DNA of 52,688 nucleotides from Perkinsus olseni (Eukaryota): NCBI GenBank assembly GCA_013115125.1, contig JABANN010000006.1, positions 124,001 to 176,688 of the forward strand, read 5' to 3'. Shown piece by piece: positions 11,992 to 23,119 of this stretch (position 1 is its first letter; each line of letters starts with the position of its first letter). The notes under the pieces were generated by a model. It saw only the letters and a program-made list of their open reading frames with translations, ran no database searches and was not told where the DNA came from. The position numbers and the translations under genes were made by a program.

Positions 11992-14900
11992 TCAGCCGCC
12001 ACGTACGCCGCATAGATTGCCGGTGACGACAAACTTCGGTAGCCATATTTGCCTGCCATCCCCCGGCTTCGAGCCAAGATACAGGTCCGATGTCTCGTAT
12101 CTGAGCCCAGGAAAGTCCGAGCCGGGACGCAGGCTGCGGTAGTACTGGCAGTAGAACTTCTCGCCCCTCTTCATTTGGGCCACATCTGGCTGGTCATGGA
12201 AGTAGTCGATGGCCGCAAAGACAACTTCCCTGTACGGACGTATGCCCTCGTGGTCCGACGTAGTGATCGACGCCGAGCTGCTGGCGGAGGCGACCTTCGG
12301 GGCCTCTACACAGGACGCCGAGTACAAACCACTGCTCGAGAACAGGACGTACAGTACTCTTGTCATAACCGGCAGGCTTAGCCTCATCAACCGGCTTAGG
12401 TCTGTCCTTGAGGGCGGACTCTGGATGGGACTGAGGCTCAGTAGGACGCGATCTCGGAAGCTGAGGGAGATGGAATGGACCGAGACTGAAGGCCATGCCG
12501 CCTACCGACGGCCTGAACTCTGACGTACTGCCGTAGAGCTTGAAGAAGCGTTGCCTCTGCCAGGCTTCGCCAAAGCGTCTATCGCGGGCATCTCGGATAT
12601 TCCTGTTCCAGAGCTTCTTGTGGTCGACACAGGCAAGCCTCACTGTCGCTGCGCCCGGACAGCCTCTGGCCCCTTGATGTCAACTATGAGGTCCCAGAAG
12701 GGATCGCAGGCGGGCAACAGGGCAGCTATCTCGGACGGTATACCACACATTATCGAACTCAGCATGCACATCATGGCCTGAAGAACAACAGTGGCACGCT
12801 AGAGGCGTGGGCGTCAGGACCTGAGCCCATGCTTCCTTAGTCTGGACGCATGTGTAGTAGCCACCAAGATCGAGATGTACTCCACCCTTATCCATGAACT
12901 CTGGTCGATATCTAAACCTCCCCACCTGTCACCACAACCTCAGTGCGCCTCGCCAGTCAATCGCCCAGCACCTCCTCAATGAAGGCAAATGGCCACCAGA
13001 GCATCAGCTGGTCCACAAAGTCGTCTCGGCTCCAGGACACTCCGGGATTGCAGTTGCCGCCCGTCCAGTAGCCAGCAGTGCGGTTGTACTCCCCTACACT
13101 GCACCACAGCTGCTCGAGGAGGGCATCGTTCTCCTGCATGAACCTAGCGTCACGCGCCTCGAAACTCCACCAGACGTAAAGGGCTCCTACAAGGTAGCCA
13201 TGAAAGTATCATCCTCATTGTTCTCCTGTTCGTACGCTGCAGAGTTCCGCCACCTCCCAGTACCATCTGGCTTACCTGACGCCGCGCCAACAGTTAATGC
13301 TACAAACCCGACCACAACCCACCTGGAGGGGCCTCAGGCGGCGGCATGTGTTTATTCCAACCAACATACTCCCAGAAAATGTCAAACTCAGGAGCACAAC
13401 TGGCTACCATCTTAGCATCCGGTATCCCTGCCGCCATCGCGGCCAGAATTGGCATCACCGCTCGGCACAGCATTGGCGACCCGATGCCTGACATGGCACG
13501 CTACTAGTTCTCCAGATGCTCCAGTGCTGCTCACAGGCTACTGCATTATGGACCTCGTCAGCTACGTATACTCCTCCCTTCTCCCCTTGTGTCTTATGGT
13601 CATGTGTCTTCCCTCGAGCCACTGCGTTGTACCTCGGCCTCCACCTTGTCCCCAGTTTATCGAGGACAGCATCCGGCCAGATCTGCATGCAGTACCTGCG
13701 ACATCCCAGACAGTATCCATGTCCTCATCAACTCCGAACCACTACCACACGACGTTCCCATTGGTGATCGTCAAGCCGTGGTCCAGCTCTGCTCGGATGT
13801 AGTACTCGCCCCTGTATGACTGGCGCACTTTAGCAAACATACTCCGGTACCTACAGAGCCACCTTTCTCCAACCCTTCCCCCACCATCACCTACTTAGCC
13901 ATGGCCACCTCTCCTTCCACATGAGGCCAGTTGGGTCTGCACACTTCAAGATTGCGGCGCGCCAGCTCGACCTGAGGCAGCCCACGACCTTTGCCATTCC
14001 CAGCGATCGCTAATCTGACCGCCGAAGCGTTCCTGTCAGAGCGCATAGGCTCCATGTAATTCTTCACTGCTTGGGACGTCTTGGCGTCCTTGTCATCGTA
14101 CTTCGATTTATACCTAAGAGAAGGGCAGCAACGGCGACATAGCCTACGCTGAGGTCATCATGATCCTCATGATTACGATAATGACCTAAGCCCAGAACCA
14201 AAAGGACCCAAGAGGATCCGAAAGTAGTCCGGTGGCGTCCATAATGATAAGGATGAATACTAGACAACAACGTCTAGAATCACTGAACGAAGCCGTGATT
14301 CGAATAATCATGAAGACTCGAGTCCAAGACCAGAAGGGTTCTAAAGGGTCCAAGAGTGATACAGTGGAGCCCAAGATCATGATGCTGAATACTAGATAAG
14401 AGCGCCCTAAAATCACTGAACAACGCCGTAATACGAGCTACAGACAGCAACTCATCAGGAGGCTGCGACTGAAGTGCCGCGACAACGGGAAGAAAGCAGA
14501 GGAAGCATCCACGTGACGCACTTGGTATGGCCGCCCTTCTCTTCCACCACCTGCACCACTCGCGTAGCAGGCGGTCGATCTCTCACCTGATACGACGGGA
14601 CCAAAGCTTCACCTACAGGGTGTATCCACCGCTACTACCAATCCTAGCTTCTCGAGCCAATCCCACCACTCTGCAGCAGCCGGGCATACCATGGCGATCT
14701 GAAGGCTGTCACGAACTAGGGAGCCGGGTCTCCTGAACACCTGCCTCCGGTGGTATGTTGAGGGAGAATCCCGCCCCTATGACGGCCATGGCGCGGACGC
14801 TCTCCATCCTCCCCTGAAGTTTAACACCCCAAGCACCCGAGTAGTGCCCGCTCAACAGGTAAATGCCTGATCTGTCGGGCTGGTACCCACGCCCTAAAAA

Positions 14901-15222
14901 AACTGCGTCACCGCAACAGCTAGAGGTGTCAGTAACCGTTCCTCACCACCGCCATCATTATAGGGTCCTATCTCAGGCTTCCAGGCATCCTCAAATTTGT
15001 CAATGTCCTTGCTATACCACTTATTGCAGTACCCGAGGAGCTCCTCCAGCGTCACTTTACGGACGCCTGCGTTCTGTATATCGAAGGACATGTACCTAGC
15101 TCAGTATGACCAGCTGGTGTTCCTACAGGAGCTGCTCACCTCCCGAGGCTATTGCCGTGCTTCTCATGAGCTCTCTTCAGTGCATGCTCCAAGGCTTCAT
15201 TCGCCTTGGCGTTGTATGTCAT
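11992..15222 (-). CDS. Uncharacterised triple-repeat / SH3-like / C-terminal GG protein, paralog 2
   Basis: Start MTYNAKANEALEHALKRAHEK. Same exon order and apparently shared intron positions as paralogs 1 and 3. Ends WLPKFVVTGNLCGVRGG* (ORF 11992-12390). Confidence 0.85.
14170..14437. repeat. Degenerate two-unit tandem repeat (period about 130 bp) inside an unusually long intron of paralog 2
   Basis: GAATACTAGACAACAACGTCTAGAATCACTGAACGAAGCCGT (about 14256) matches GAATACTAGATAAGAGCGCCCTAAAATCACTGAACAACGCCGT (about 14388). Confidence 0.6.
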
Positions 15223-15382
15223 TAAAAAAAGAAAAACTCAATCGACCGCAACGATGAACAGCATGGCCGGAGTTGAAAGCTTTCAAAAGGCGACAAGCAA
15301 GTTAGGGGGAGGACACACAGCGGACGTTATCGTATTTTGATCGGTGAGAAAAAATAAGAAAATCAATTTCTGGCTGTTGATG

Positions 15383-18300
15383 CTACCCTCCCTTCACCAT
15401 CCTCAAATCACCAGTAACCACAAACTTCGGTAACCAGAGCAGCTCTTTGGAGCCCTCCTTGTGACCGAGGAAAAGATTCTTCGTCTCTTTCCTGAAGCCT
15501 CGCGCCATTTCTGTGCTCAGCAGAACCCCACTCTCCCTCCTACTTGCAGTGGAACCTATCCCCCCTCTTCATTCGAGCCACACCATCCTCGTCGTGGTCG
15601 TAGTCGATCGCAGCGGTGACCACACCATTGTACTGCCTCACGTCCTGGCCCTCACTAGCTGATGGCGCTGTGGACTCGGTACAGATGCTGGAGGGGTAAC
15701 CAGCCTCTGCAGCCTGCGATGCTGATGCTACCGCTGGAGGCTGCTGTGGGGCGGTAGGCTCTGAGGTAGAATGGCGATCTCAGTCGGTGGGAAAATGCCA
15801 GGTAGTGTAGAGGTGCTAGGAAACGGAACAGAGATCGAGTTACTCTTGATGGCATCCTTTGGCTTCTTCTTTGAGGACTCCGTTTCTTCGACCCTCCTGT
15901 TGCCAGGCCCTTCCGGAGACCGCTGAGCTACTGCTGCTCGAGGCTCGACTTCAGCTGTCTCCCGACGAGGCCGGCTGGACTCCGACGTCCCCTCCGAGGA
16001 CGGTAACTGCATAGATGACCCCAAAGAATGCGCGCGACAGACTGCTATATCAGCGCGGAGACCGAGCTACTCACAGCGGGTTGGAACATAGTGCAGTCCC
16101 CATGCAACTTCCTGAACCGCTGTTGTTGCCAGGATACATCAAAACGACGATTGCGAGCCTCTCGGATTTTCCTGCGAAGAGCAACGGTGACAGGCGAGCT
16201 GCGATGGACATGGCATCCAGAGCGCAACGCCAGAAGCTCACGCTCGTTGCACTCGGACGACTTCTGGCCCTTCCTTGTCTACTATGAAATCCCAAAAGGG
16301 GTCGCTGGCGGGCAACAGGGCCGCGATCTCGCCCGGTATACCACACATTATAGAGCTCAGCATGCACATCATCGACTGAGAAGGGGAGCAGCAGCAGCAG
16401 CCATGTGAATAGAAGAAAGCATCGAAGCCATCGGAGCCAGACGTAGGAGGGCAAAAACGGGGAAACTATCGACTACCTACCTGAGCCCAGACCTCCTTAG
16501 ATTGAACTGACGTCCACGCGCCCCCGATGTCCAGTACCAAGCCTCCCTTATCCATAAAGTTCGGTCGATATCGGAACTTGCCGACCTGCCAACATACGAT
16601 AAAGCACAGTCCTTTAATTAACCACCTCACCTCTTCGACAACAGCATCCCCCCACCAGAGCATGAGATTATCCACAAAGTCGTCTCGACTCCACGATACA
16701 CCAGGGATGCATTCACCACCACACCACATGCCGTTGGTCCTATGATACTCACCAGCGTTGTACCACTGCAGTTCCAGGAGGGCGTCGTTCTCCTGCTGGA
16801 ACCTGCTCATCACACGGATCAAGTCGACCCACACCCGCAGTGAGGCCCACAGCTGCGCCATGAAGGTGTCGTCTCTGTTGTTGTCGTCGTCATACGCTCG
16901 GGAGTCCCTCCACTTGCCGCTATCGCCAGGCTTTCCTGCACGACAGCTGCATGTATAACACCTGGGCCGCTCACACTACCATTGGGAGCCTCAGGCGGGG
17001 GCATGTTCTTATTCCAGCCAACATACTCCCAGAAGATATCAAATTGAGGAGCATTCTGGGCAACCATCCGAGCGTTGGGTATACCAGCAGCAATGGCGGC
17101 GAGGATCGGCATCACCGCTCGGCACAGCGCCGGGGACCCGATACCTAGCACAACAACACTGCTCATATAGAGTCAACATAAACAAAGCGGTATACTCAAA
17201 GCCTCATCGGATCATGACCAACAGTTCCCCACAAAATGCTGGAATGACCGGCGTCTTGCAAGCAGGCAAGAGTTGTAAGAAAACGGCTCCCACTCTCTCA
17301 CATGCCACGGCCTTATGAGTCTCATCTGCTATATAAACCCCTCCCTTGTCTCCTTGATATCGAGAGTCGTGATAGTTCCTTCGAGCCACTGCACAGAACC
17401 TCGGCCTCCACCTCGTTCCCAGTCTGTCCAGGACTGCATCCGGCCAGATCTGAGTGCAGTACCTACGGCCCGGTCCTCGGTGAGCCAAGCGCTCCCGCTA
17501 CCAACCGACACTCGAACCAGAATTGAAGGCAACACCCGCTGGGCTGCTCACCATAAGAGATTGCCTGTGGTAACGTGAAGGCCAAAGTCAAGCTCGGCTC
17601 GGATGTAGGACTCTCCTCTGTACGACTGACGAATCTTGTCGAACATCACTTCGTACCTTGGAATGGCCGGTAAAAAGTCGGGACCATAACGAGACAAACA
17701 GCAACTCGAAGGCTCCGCTTCAACGACTTACTGCAGCTGGGCTTCTCGACCCTCAATATCCTTCCAATCAGGTCGCCGAATCTCCATATCCTTCCTGGCA
17801 TACTCAACCTACCCTTGGAAGCCCGTCTCCACCACCACGGCCACACAACTCTCCCCACCTGCGCTCGGCACCTCTCCGTCCACATCGCTTGTGTGTAGTT
17901 CTTCACTGCTATTGACGTCGTTGCCGTGTCATCCTGATAGTACCCTCGGTACCTCAATAGGAGACACACCGTGACACCGTCAGGCCGTCGCCCCGACGTA
18001 CTTCGAGTTCTTTCCTTTCTCCAAGGGTTCCCTCTTTATCCTTGTAGCTGGTGGTCTATCACGAATCTGAGTCCACCATGTCAACCAATACCAGCCTCCA
18101 CGCTGCCACTCACTATCCCAAGCTTCTCGAGCCAGTCCCACCACATGCTCGCCGCGGGGCATACCATAGCGACCTGATGGAGCAGGAGTGGCGTCCAGGG
18201 GCGGAAGGCGACACACCTGTGCCGGTATCTGCAATGCGAAGCCTGCTCCAATGACCCCCATGGCTCTGACGCTCTCAACTCTTCCTTGTATCTTGATACC

Positions 18301-18796
18301 ATATGCGCCGCTGTTGTAGCCACTGAGCAGCATTATGCCCGACCGGTCCGGTTGCCAGCTGCCGTAACCTGCCAGGGGTAAGCCGCACTTAAACGCGGAG
18401 CGAAGGCGAGGCAAACGCCGCGAAAGTCACGAAGACACTACTGCGAGATGGGGAGAAAAGGGAGGAGCTCTTTGATTTCGACGTGAATGCTGGGCTGACC
18501 TCCAGAGTCAGTGGGAGTGCCTATCTCCGGCCTCCAGCCGTCCTCGAATTTATCCCTCTCCTTGTTATACCACATATTGCAGTATTCAATAAGATCATCA
18601 TCAGACACGTTACGAGTACTAGCATTCTGTATCTCAAACGACAAGTACCTACGAATGATACGAGGGAAGAGCAGCGGTAACAACAACAGAATAAGCAACA
18701 GGAGTAGTGTTACCGCCCCTGGCTGTGGGCGTTCTTCTGCTGAGACCTCTCCAAGGCATCAGTCAAGGCTTCATTGGCCTTCTCATTGTATGCCAT
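15383..18796 (-). CDS. Uncharacterised triple-repeat / SH3-like / C-terminal GG protein, paralog 3
   Basis: Start MAYNEKANEALTDALERSQQK. Homologous exons throughout. The spliced end is VTAAIDYDHDEDGVARMKRGDRFHCK-KETKNLFLGHKEGSKELLWLPKFVVTGDLRMVKGG* (TAG 15383-15385). Confidence 0.85.
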
Positions 18797-19298
18797 AAAG
18801 GAAGCGAAATTGGTCCAATGCCAACGAGCCTAGCTGCTGTGAGGCTTATTTTTCACTCTCATTTCTCCGAAAGACGAAGATGCCAGCGGCTGCGACTATG
18901 CCAAAACAGCTTCGCGGTTAATTTTTTCGCCTTAAAAGGGGAGGCAGTCGAGTGACTCCGACAGCGAACGTTGTTTTCGAGGCCTTTCGCGCATGAGCCG
19001 TCCGATGGCGATCAGGCAACGCCAAGGGCTGAGCTGCAGGACAGCTCCCTACCAGGAATACCGGGGCGTGTACCGCTAACCGCAGAACCAAGAGGCGTAG
19101 TAAATCTTGCGCGTGCGCAAGATTCGGCTGCGCACATGCGTGCAAGACCTTCCCATCCCATTAACCGAAGCCGCAAGTCTCCAATAGGAATTATAGAAAC
19201 TAATGATGCCTTATGATACATCAGACACAAAACTGTGATTCGGAAACTACGGAAAGTCCCAAAAATAAACACAACGCCCGCTGGACCGTGGGTCGAGT

Positions 19299-20938
19299 TC
19301 ACGGGATGAAGAGGTGCTTGCCCGCCACGCCCAACTCCTTCGCAGCCTGCATGATGCCGCCATCTAGGTTGAGAAGGTACTTGAAGGAAGTCTGCAACGC
19401 ACACACGGCAAGACGACTGTCGTTGCCTGAAAGAGAGAATGAAAGCAGACGGCAGACACGAGGTGGGCCTACCTTTCCGACAGCACACAACAGCCGTGTT
19501 CGGGCGGCGGTCCTCCAACAGCGCCTTGACTTTATCTACGAAGGCTTGGGAGTCCTCGTAGGGCACATTGACGCTGCCCCTGAGGTGGACCATGTCGAAC
19601 TGGGGCTTAGGCCGCACGTCGATGACCAGGCATGCGGCCGATGGACTCTCCAGCATGAGATGCCGCAACTGAAAGGGAGGCCGATGATGGGCCTTGAGGG
19701 AGGAGGGCACGCTCACCTGCTTAGGGCCAATGCTGTTGACAGCAGGCAGCTGGACCGCATCGGTGTCATCATGAAGGCTGCTGGCATCGCTACGGTCCTG
19801 TGCTGCAGCGGACTCCTCAGTCCACCCACACACTGGGCAGTCCGGTCGCCGCTTCAACACCACCGTCCTTGTCGACAGCCCTCCGTCGAGCATATCCACC
19901 AACAAGAGTCTTCCCGACAGGCTGGCCTCCTCCAGCTGAGGGCCGTCCATCAAGGCAAGCTTTAGCGCCTCTGAGGCCATCACAGAGCCGATCATGCCTG
20001 GTAACGGCGGAAAGACACCGAGGGTATCGCAGCCACCTCGGCCGCGCCCTCCCTCAGAAGGTGAGGGTTCCGGAAAGACACAGCGCATGCAAGGGCCGGC
20101 CTCGCCGCTGCAGTATACCGTCACTTGGCCCGACCACTGCATGGCGGCGCCCGACACGAGAGGACGCCTCGCTGTGGCACAGGCTGAGGACAGGAGCCAG
20201 CGGGTAGCCGGGCAGTCTGTGCAGTCTAGGATGATATCGTGCTTGCCGACCAGATCACGAACGTTTGTCTTGGTCAGCATGCCGGGGGCTGCCTCAACCG
20301 AGACCCCCTTCATGGCCACTCGACGGCAGGCTGCACGGGCCGAATCTGACTTCTTCCGCCCAACATCGCTCATCGTATACAGTTGGTGCTGTCGCTGTAA
20401 ATTAGACGCCTCAACAACGTCCCCATCGATGAGGGTAATGCGGCAGCCTGGCAGCAGGCATGCCGCTATGTACGTCGCACAGGTATTAGCAAGACCCCCA
20501 CAGCCGACGACGAGGAAGGATCTGAACAAAGGGGACCATGGGACTGCCTCCCTCTTCGCCCAGTACGTACTTCTTATGCAGAGGCCGCTTGGAGAGCTGC
20601 GGCAAAGCCATCATCCGACAGCCCCTCTCAATCTCATCGCGACTCATGTCGCTCCGCTGGACAAACATGCTTGCATTACGCCAGAAGGCCTGTCGACGTT
20701 TCCGAAGATACCACAGCGCCGACCCGCAAAGGACCCCGACGCACCCAAAGCCGAGGAGAGTACTTCGGCGGGCATCGACTAAAACTCGGGGTAAATGAAT
20801 TCGAGGCAGGCTCGGTAGGTAAGAGGACAGCGGCGCCAGGCCAGATGGCCACGTTAAGAATGTCGGCCAAGTGGGCGGCCATGAAGGCAGGAGCCAGGGC
20901 GGAACAGCCGCCGATAGAGCGGATACGGCGGTTGACAT
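19299..20938 (-). CDS. UBA4: UBA4/MOCS3-type adenylyltransferase-sulfurtransferase (ThiF/MoeB E1-like domain plus C-terminal rhodanese)
   Basis: Motifs LVVGCGGL, DGDVVEASNLQRQ, DIILDCTD, Zn-binding CMRC and CPVC, and GCDTLGV. Rhodanese IDVRP...FDMVHLRGSVNVP, with active loop CRKG-NDS after splicing and LDGG. The upstream exon MSRDEIERGCRMMALPQL corresponds to the LSxEEIxRYSRQLxLPE segment. Confidence 0.9.
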
Positions 20939-21049
20939 AGAAAACACGAAAGCTAGCCGCGAGGGAGGGTAGACAAAGAGGTATCACTTCAACACAATTC
21001 AAGTAGTAGTAGGAGTATACATGATGGGTTGAAGGACTGGTCGTGGACG

Positions 21050-21290
21050 CATGACGCTCCGATACAGCCTGTAAGCCATCCTGGAGCTCTTCGGGGAGCA
21101 TAATAGGAGGAGGGACGAGCTGACGGAGGCCAACCATCTATGCAATAGTACAACATTAGCCTACCTTTCCTGTCGATGACTTCTCCAAGGCTATACCGCG
21201 CATGGCACGGTTCCTAATGCCGCCACCAATGCTGTCCTTCTTGCCGTCTCGTAGTACTAACGAATGACCCCTCCTCGAGGTACCACGGCT

Positions 21291-21327
<37 letters not shown>

Positions 21328-23050
21328 CTGTGGATGTCAGTATTGACTCCGACCTCCTTCGTGTGCTTCGCTCCGGCCCCTAGCAAGGTCCGGGACATGA
21401 GCCGGCCTGAGAGGAGACCCCTCAGCATTAGACTGGAGAACGCAGCACCTTTAGAGCCAGCCAGAGCGTCAAATGCTTGCTCAGTGAAGTCCCGATCGAA
21501 GGGCCACGGACGGCCCCCTCGCCGCTGCCTCAATCCCAACCATCGCCACAGTTCGAAGAACAATAAACCCTTCTCTGGGTCGTGGGTGTGACGGTCAAGT
21601 GACGACACAGCCGCTTCGATCGACCCGTATCTCAGAACAGGACATGCTGCCCCATGGATGACGTGCTCGCCCTACTCACGGGCCGCCCATTGTTGCATGT
21701 ACGCTAGTTCTGGCCCCCATACCAGCAGCAGTTCTGCAGGGAAGTCTGGGGCAGACGACGAGGAGGCGGGAAGATCCTAAGGAAGCGGTGTATCATGCTG
21801 CGGTCAGGGCCATCATAGCTTCTACATATTGCTGTATATCCCCTCCAGCGTCATCGAGGCCAGGTCGCCTCTCCTCCCGCTTTTTACGGACCCTCACGAC
21901 CTGTACGGTGGTGTCCTCCCTAGGACTCCCTCGGACGTCCACATGCCAGTCCTTTAGCCTCGGGCTGCTGGCCTCGAGTCGAGGCGTTCTCTGCGGCCTC
22001 GGTGACCTCCAGCCCGGGCAGCTCCGCTCCTGTCCATCGCCCCTATCTAGCTCGACAGCCGGGAAGTCGCTGGCCCATGTCCTCGGGCTCGCGTCAATAG
22101 TAGCGCTACCGGGATTGGTACTCGTGCAGCTACGACCTTCGAATGGGGCTGGGAAGCCTAGCGAATCTAATGCTCCCACGTCCTGCTGCGAAGGCGCCGG
22201 CCGCTGTACGGGGCTCGGTTCTGCTTGATGGTCTTGATAACGCTTATCGTATTGCCGCAGGAGGTCCTCGTTCATACGTCTCAGCTGATGCACTTCCTCG
22301 AGGAAGGCATCGATTCCGCCATCCAGACTGCGGCTGCCGGCCGCCGTCGCTCCTCCAGAGATATCTCTGGAGCTATCCCAGGCGAGGACTACTGCCGAGC
22401 TCGGGTCCCCGCTAGGACAATCCGCCATAGCTAGCCTTCCCGGCTGGAGTTCGTCACGATGGTAGCGCCCTCGCCAACTCCTGGCCGGAGTCTTCGACGG
22501 TGGCTTCGTTGACCGGACCTCCTCTTGGACCCCCTCCCTGGGCGCTCTGGCAGCCTTCCCGAGATCAAGCGGCTTCAGCGAGACTCTCATGCTGCCGACA
22601 CCCTCGACGGTGAGGTGACTAGGGGAGTCGGTCTGCCTCCTGCTCGAGGACCGATGCATCCGAACTGGCGATCTACTTTTGCCCCACCGGTGACCATCAA
22701 CGGCTACTCGCTGTGTTGATGGTTGCCGCCATTGAAGGGACATCTGAATACGCCACCCCGGAGAGTCAAGACTCGAACTCGAACCCTCGTAGCAGCTGTG
22801 AAACAGGGTAGTAACGAATTGAAGTCATGTGACTACCCCTACCATGGATACCCATGCGCACTAGAAAGATTCTCGGGCGCTGAAGAAGGTCTCGGCATTG
22901 GAAACGCACCTCGAGTCCTCCGTAGACCTGCCAGACCGAGTGACCCAGGTGTGGCAGCCGGGCCTACTGGTTGCCTTCCTCCTGAGTTGGCGCCGACGGC
23001 GGACTGCCGACCTCCGCAGTTGAACTGGCGAATGCTCTAAACCCTACCAG
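21050..23050 (-). CDS. Low-complexity coding exons, probably the 3' part of the RCC1 gene or a separate hypothetical gene
   Basis: 316-aa ORF 21793-22743 contains a short coiled coil (AFLEEVHQLRRMNEDLLRQY); 150-aa ORF at 21156-21608. Gene boundaries unresolved. Confidence 0.4.
21291..21325. repeat. (AGC)n trinucleotide microsatellite, about 11-12 units
   Basis: The run agcagcagc... is directly visible and reads as poly-Ala in ORF 21156-21608. Confidence 0.9.
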
Positions 23051-23119
23051 GGAGGCGCTGGAGCCCCCTAATCGGAGTACTACCGATGAGACTCACTGGA
23101 GCTTGGTCGTCTCTGCTGC

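Noticed and set aside
8510-18796. Paralog array as endogenised viral capsid or transposon genes
   Set aside because: No polymerase, integrase, transposase or terminal repeats are visible, the genes have shared introns, and I recognise no capsid motif. Remote structural homology remains untested.
19012-19298. C-terminal part of the 505-aa ORF as part of UBA4
   Set aside because: The true frame shifts at the intron after CRKG into NDSRLAV...HLFIP* (stop 19299). The rest is off-frame read-through of intron and UTR.
19213-20782. Long plus-strand ORFs (250 and 262 aa), and similar ones at 26646-27485 and 9124-9867
   Set aside because: Antisense shadows of GC-rich or repetitive minus-strand coding sequence with no protein-like motifs.
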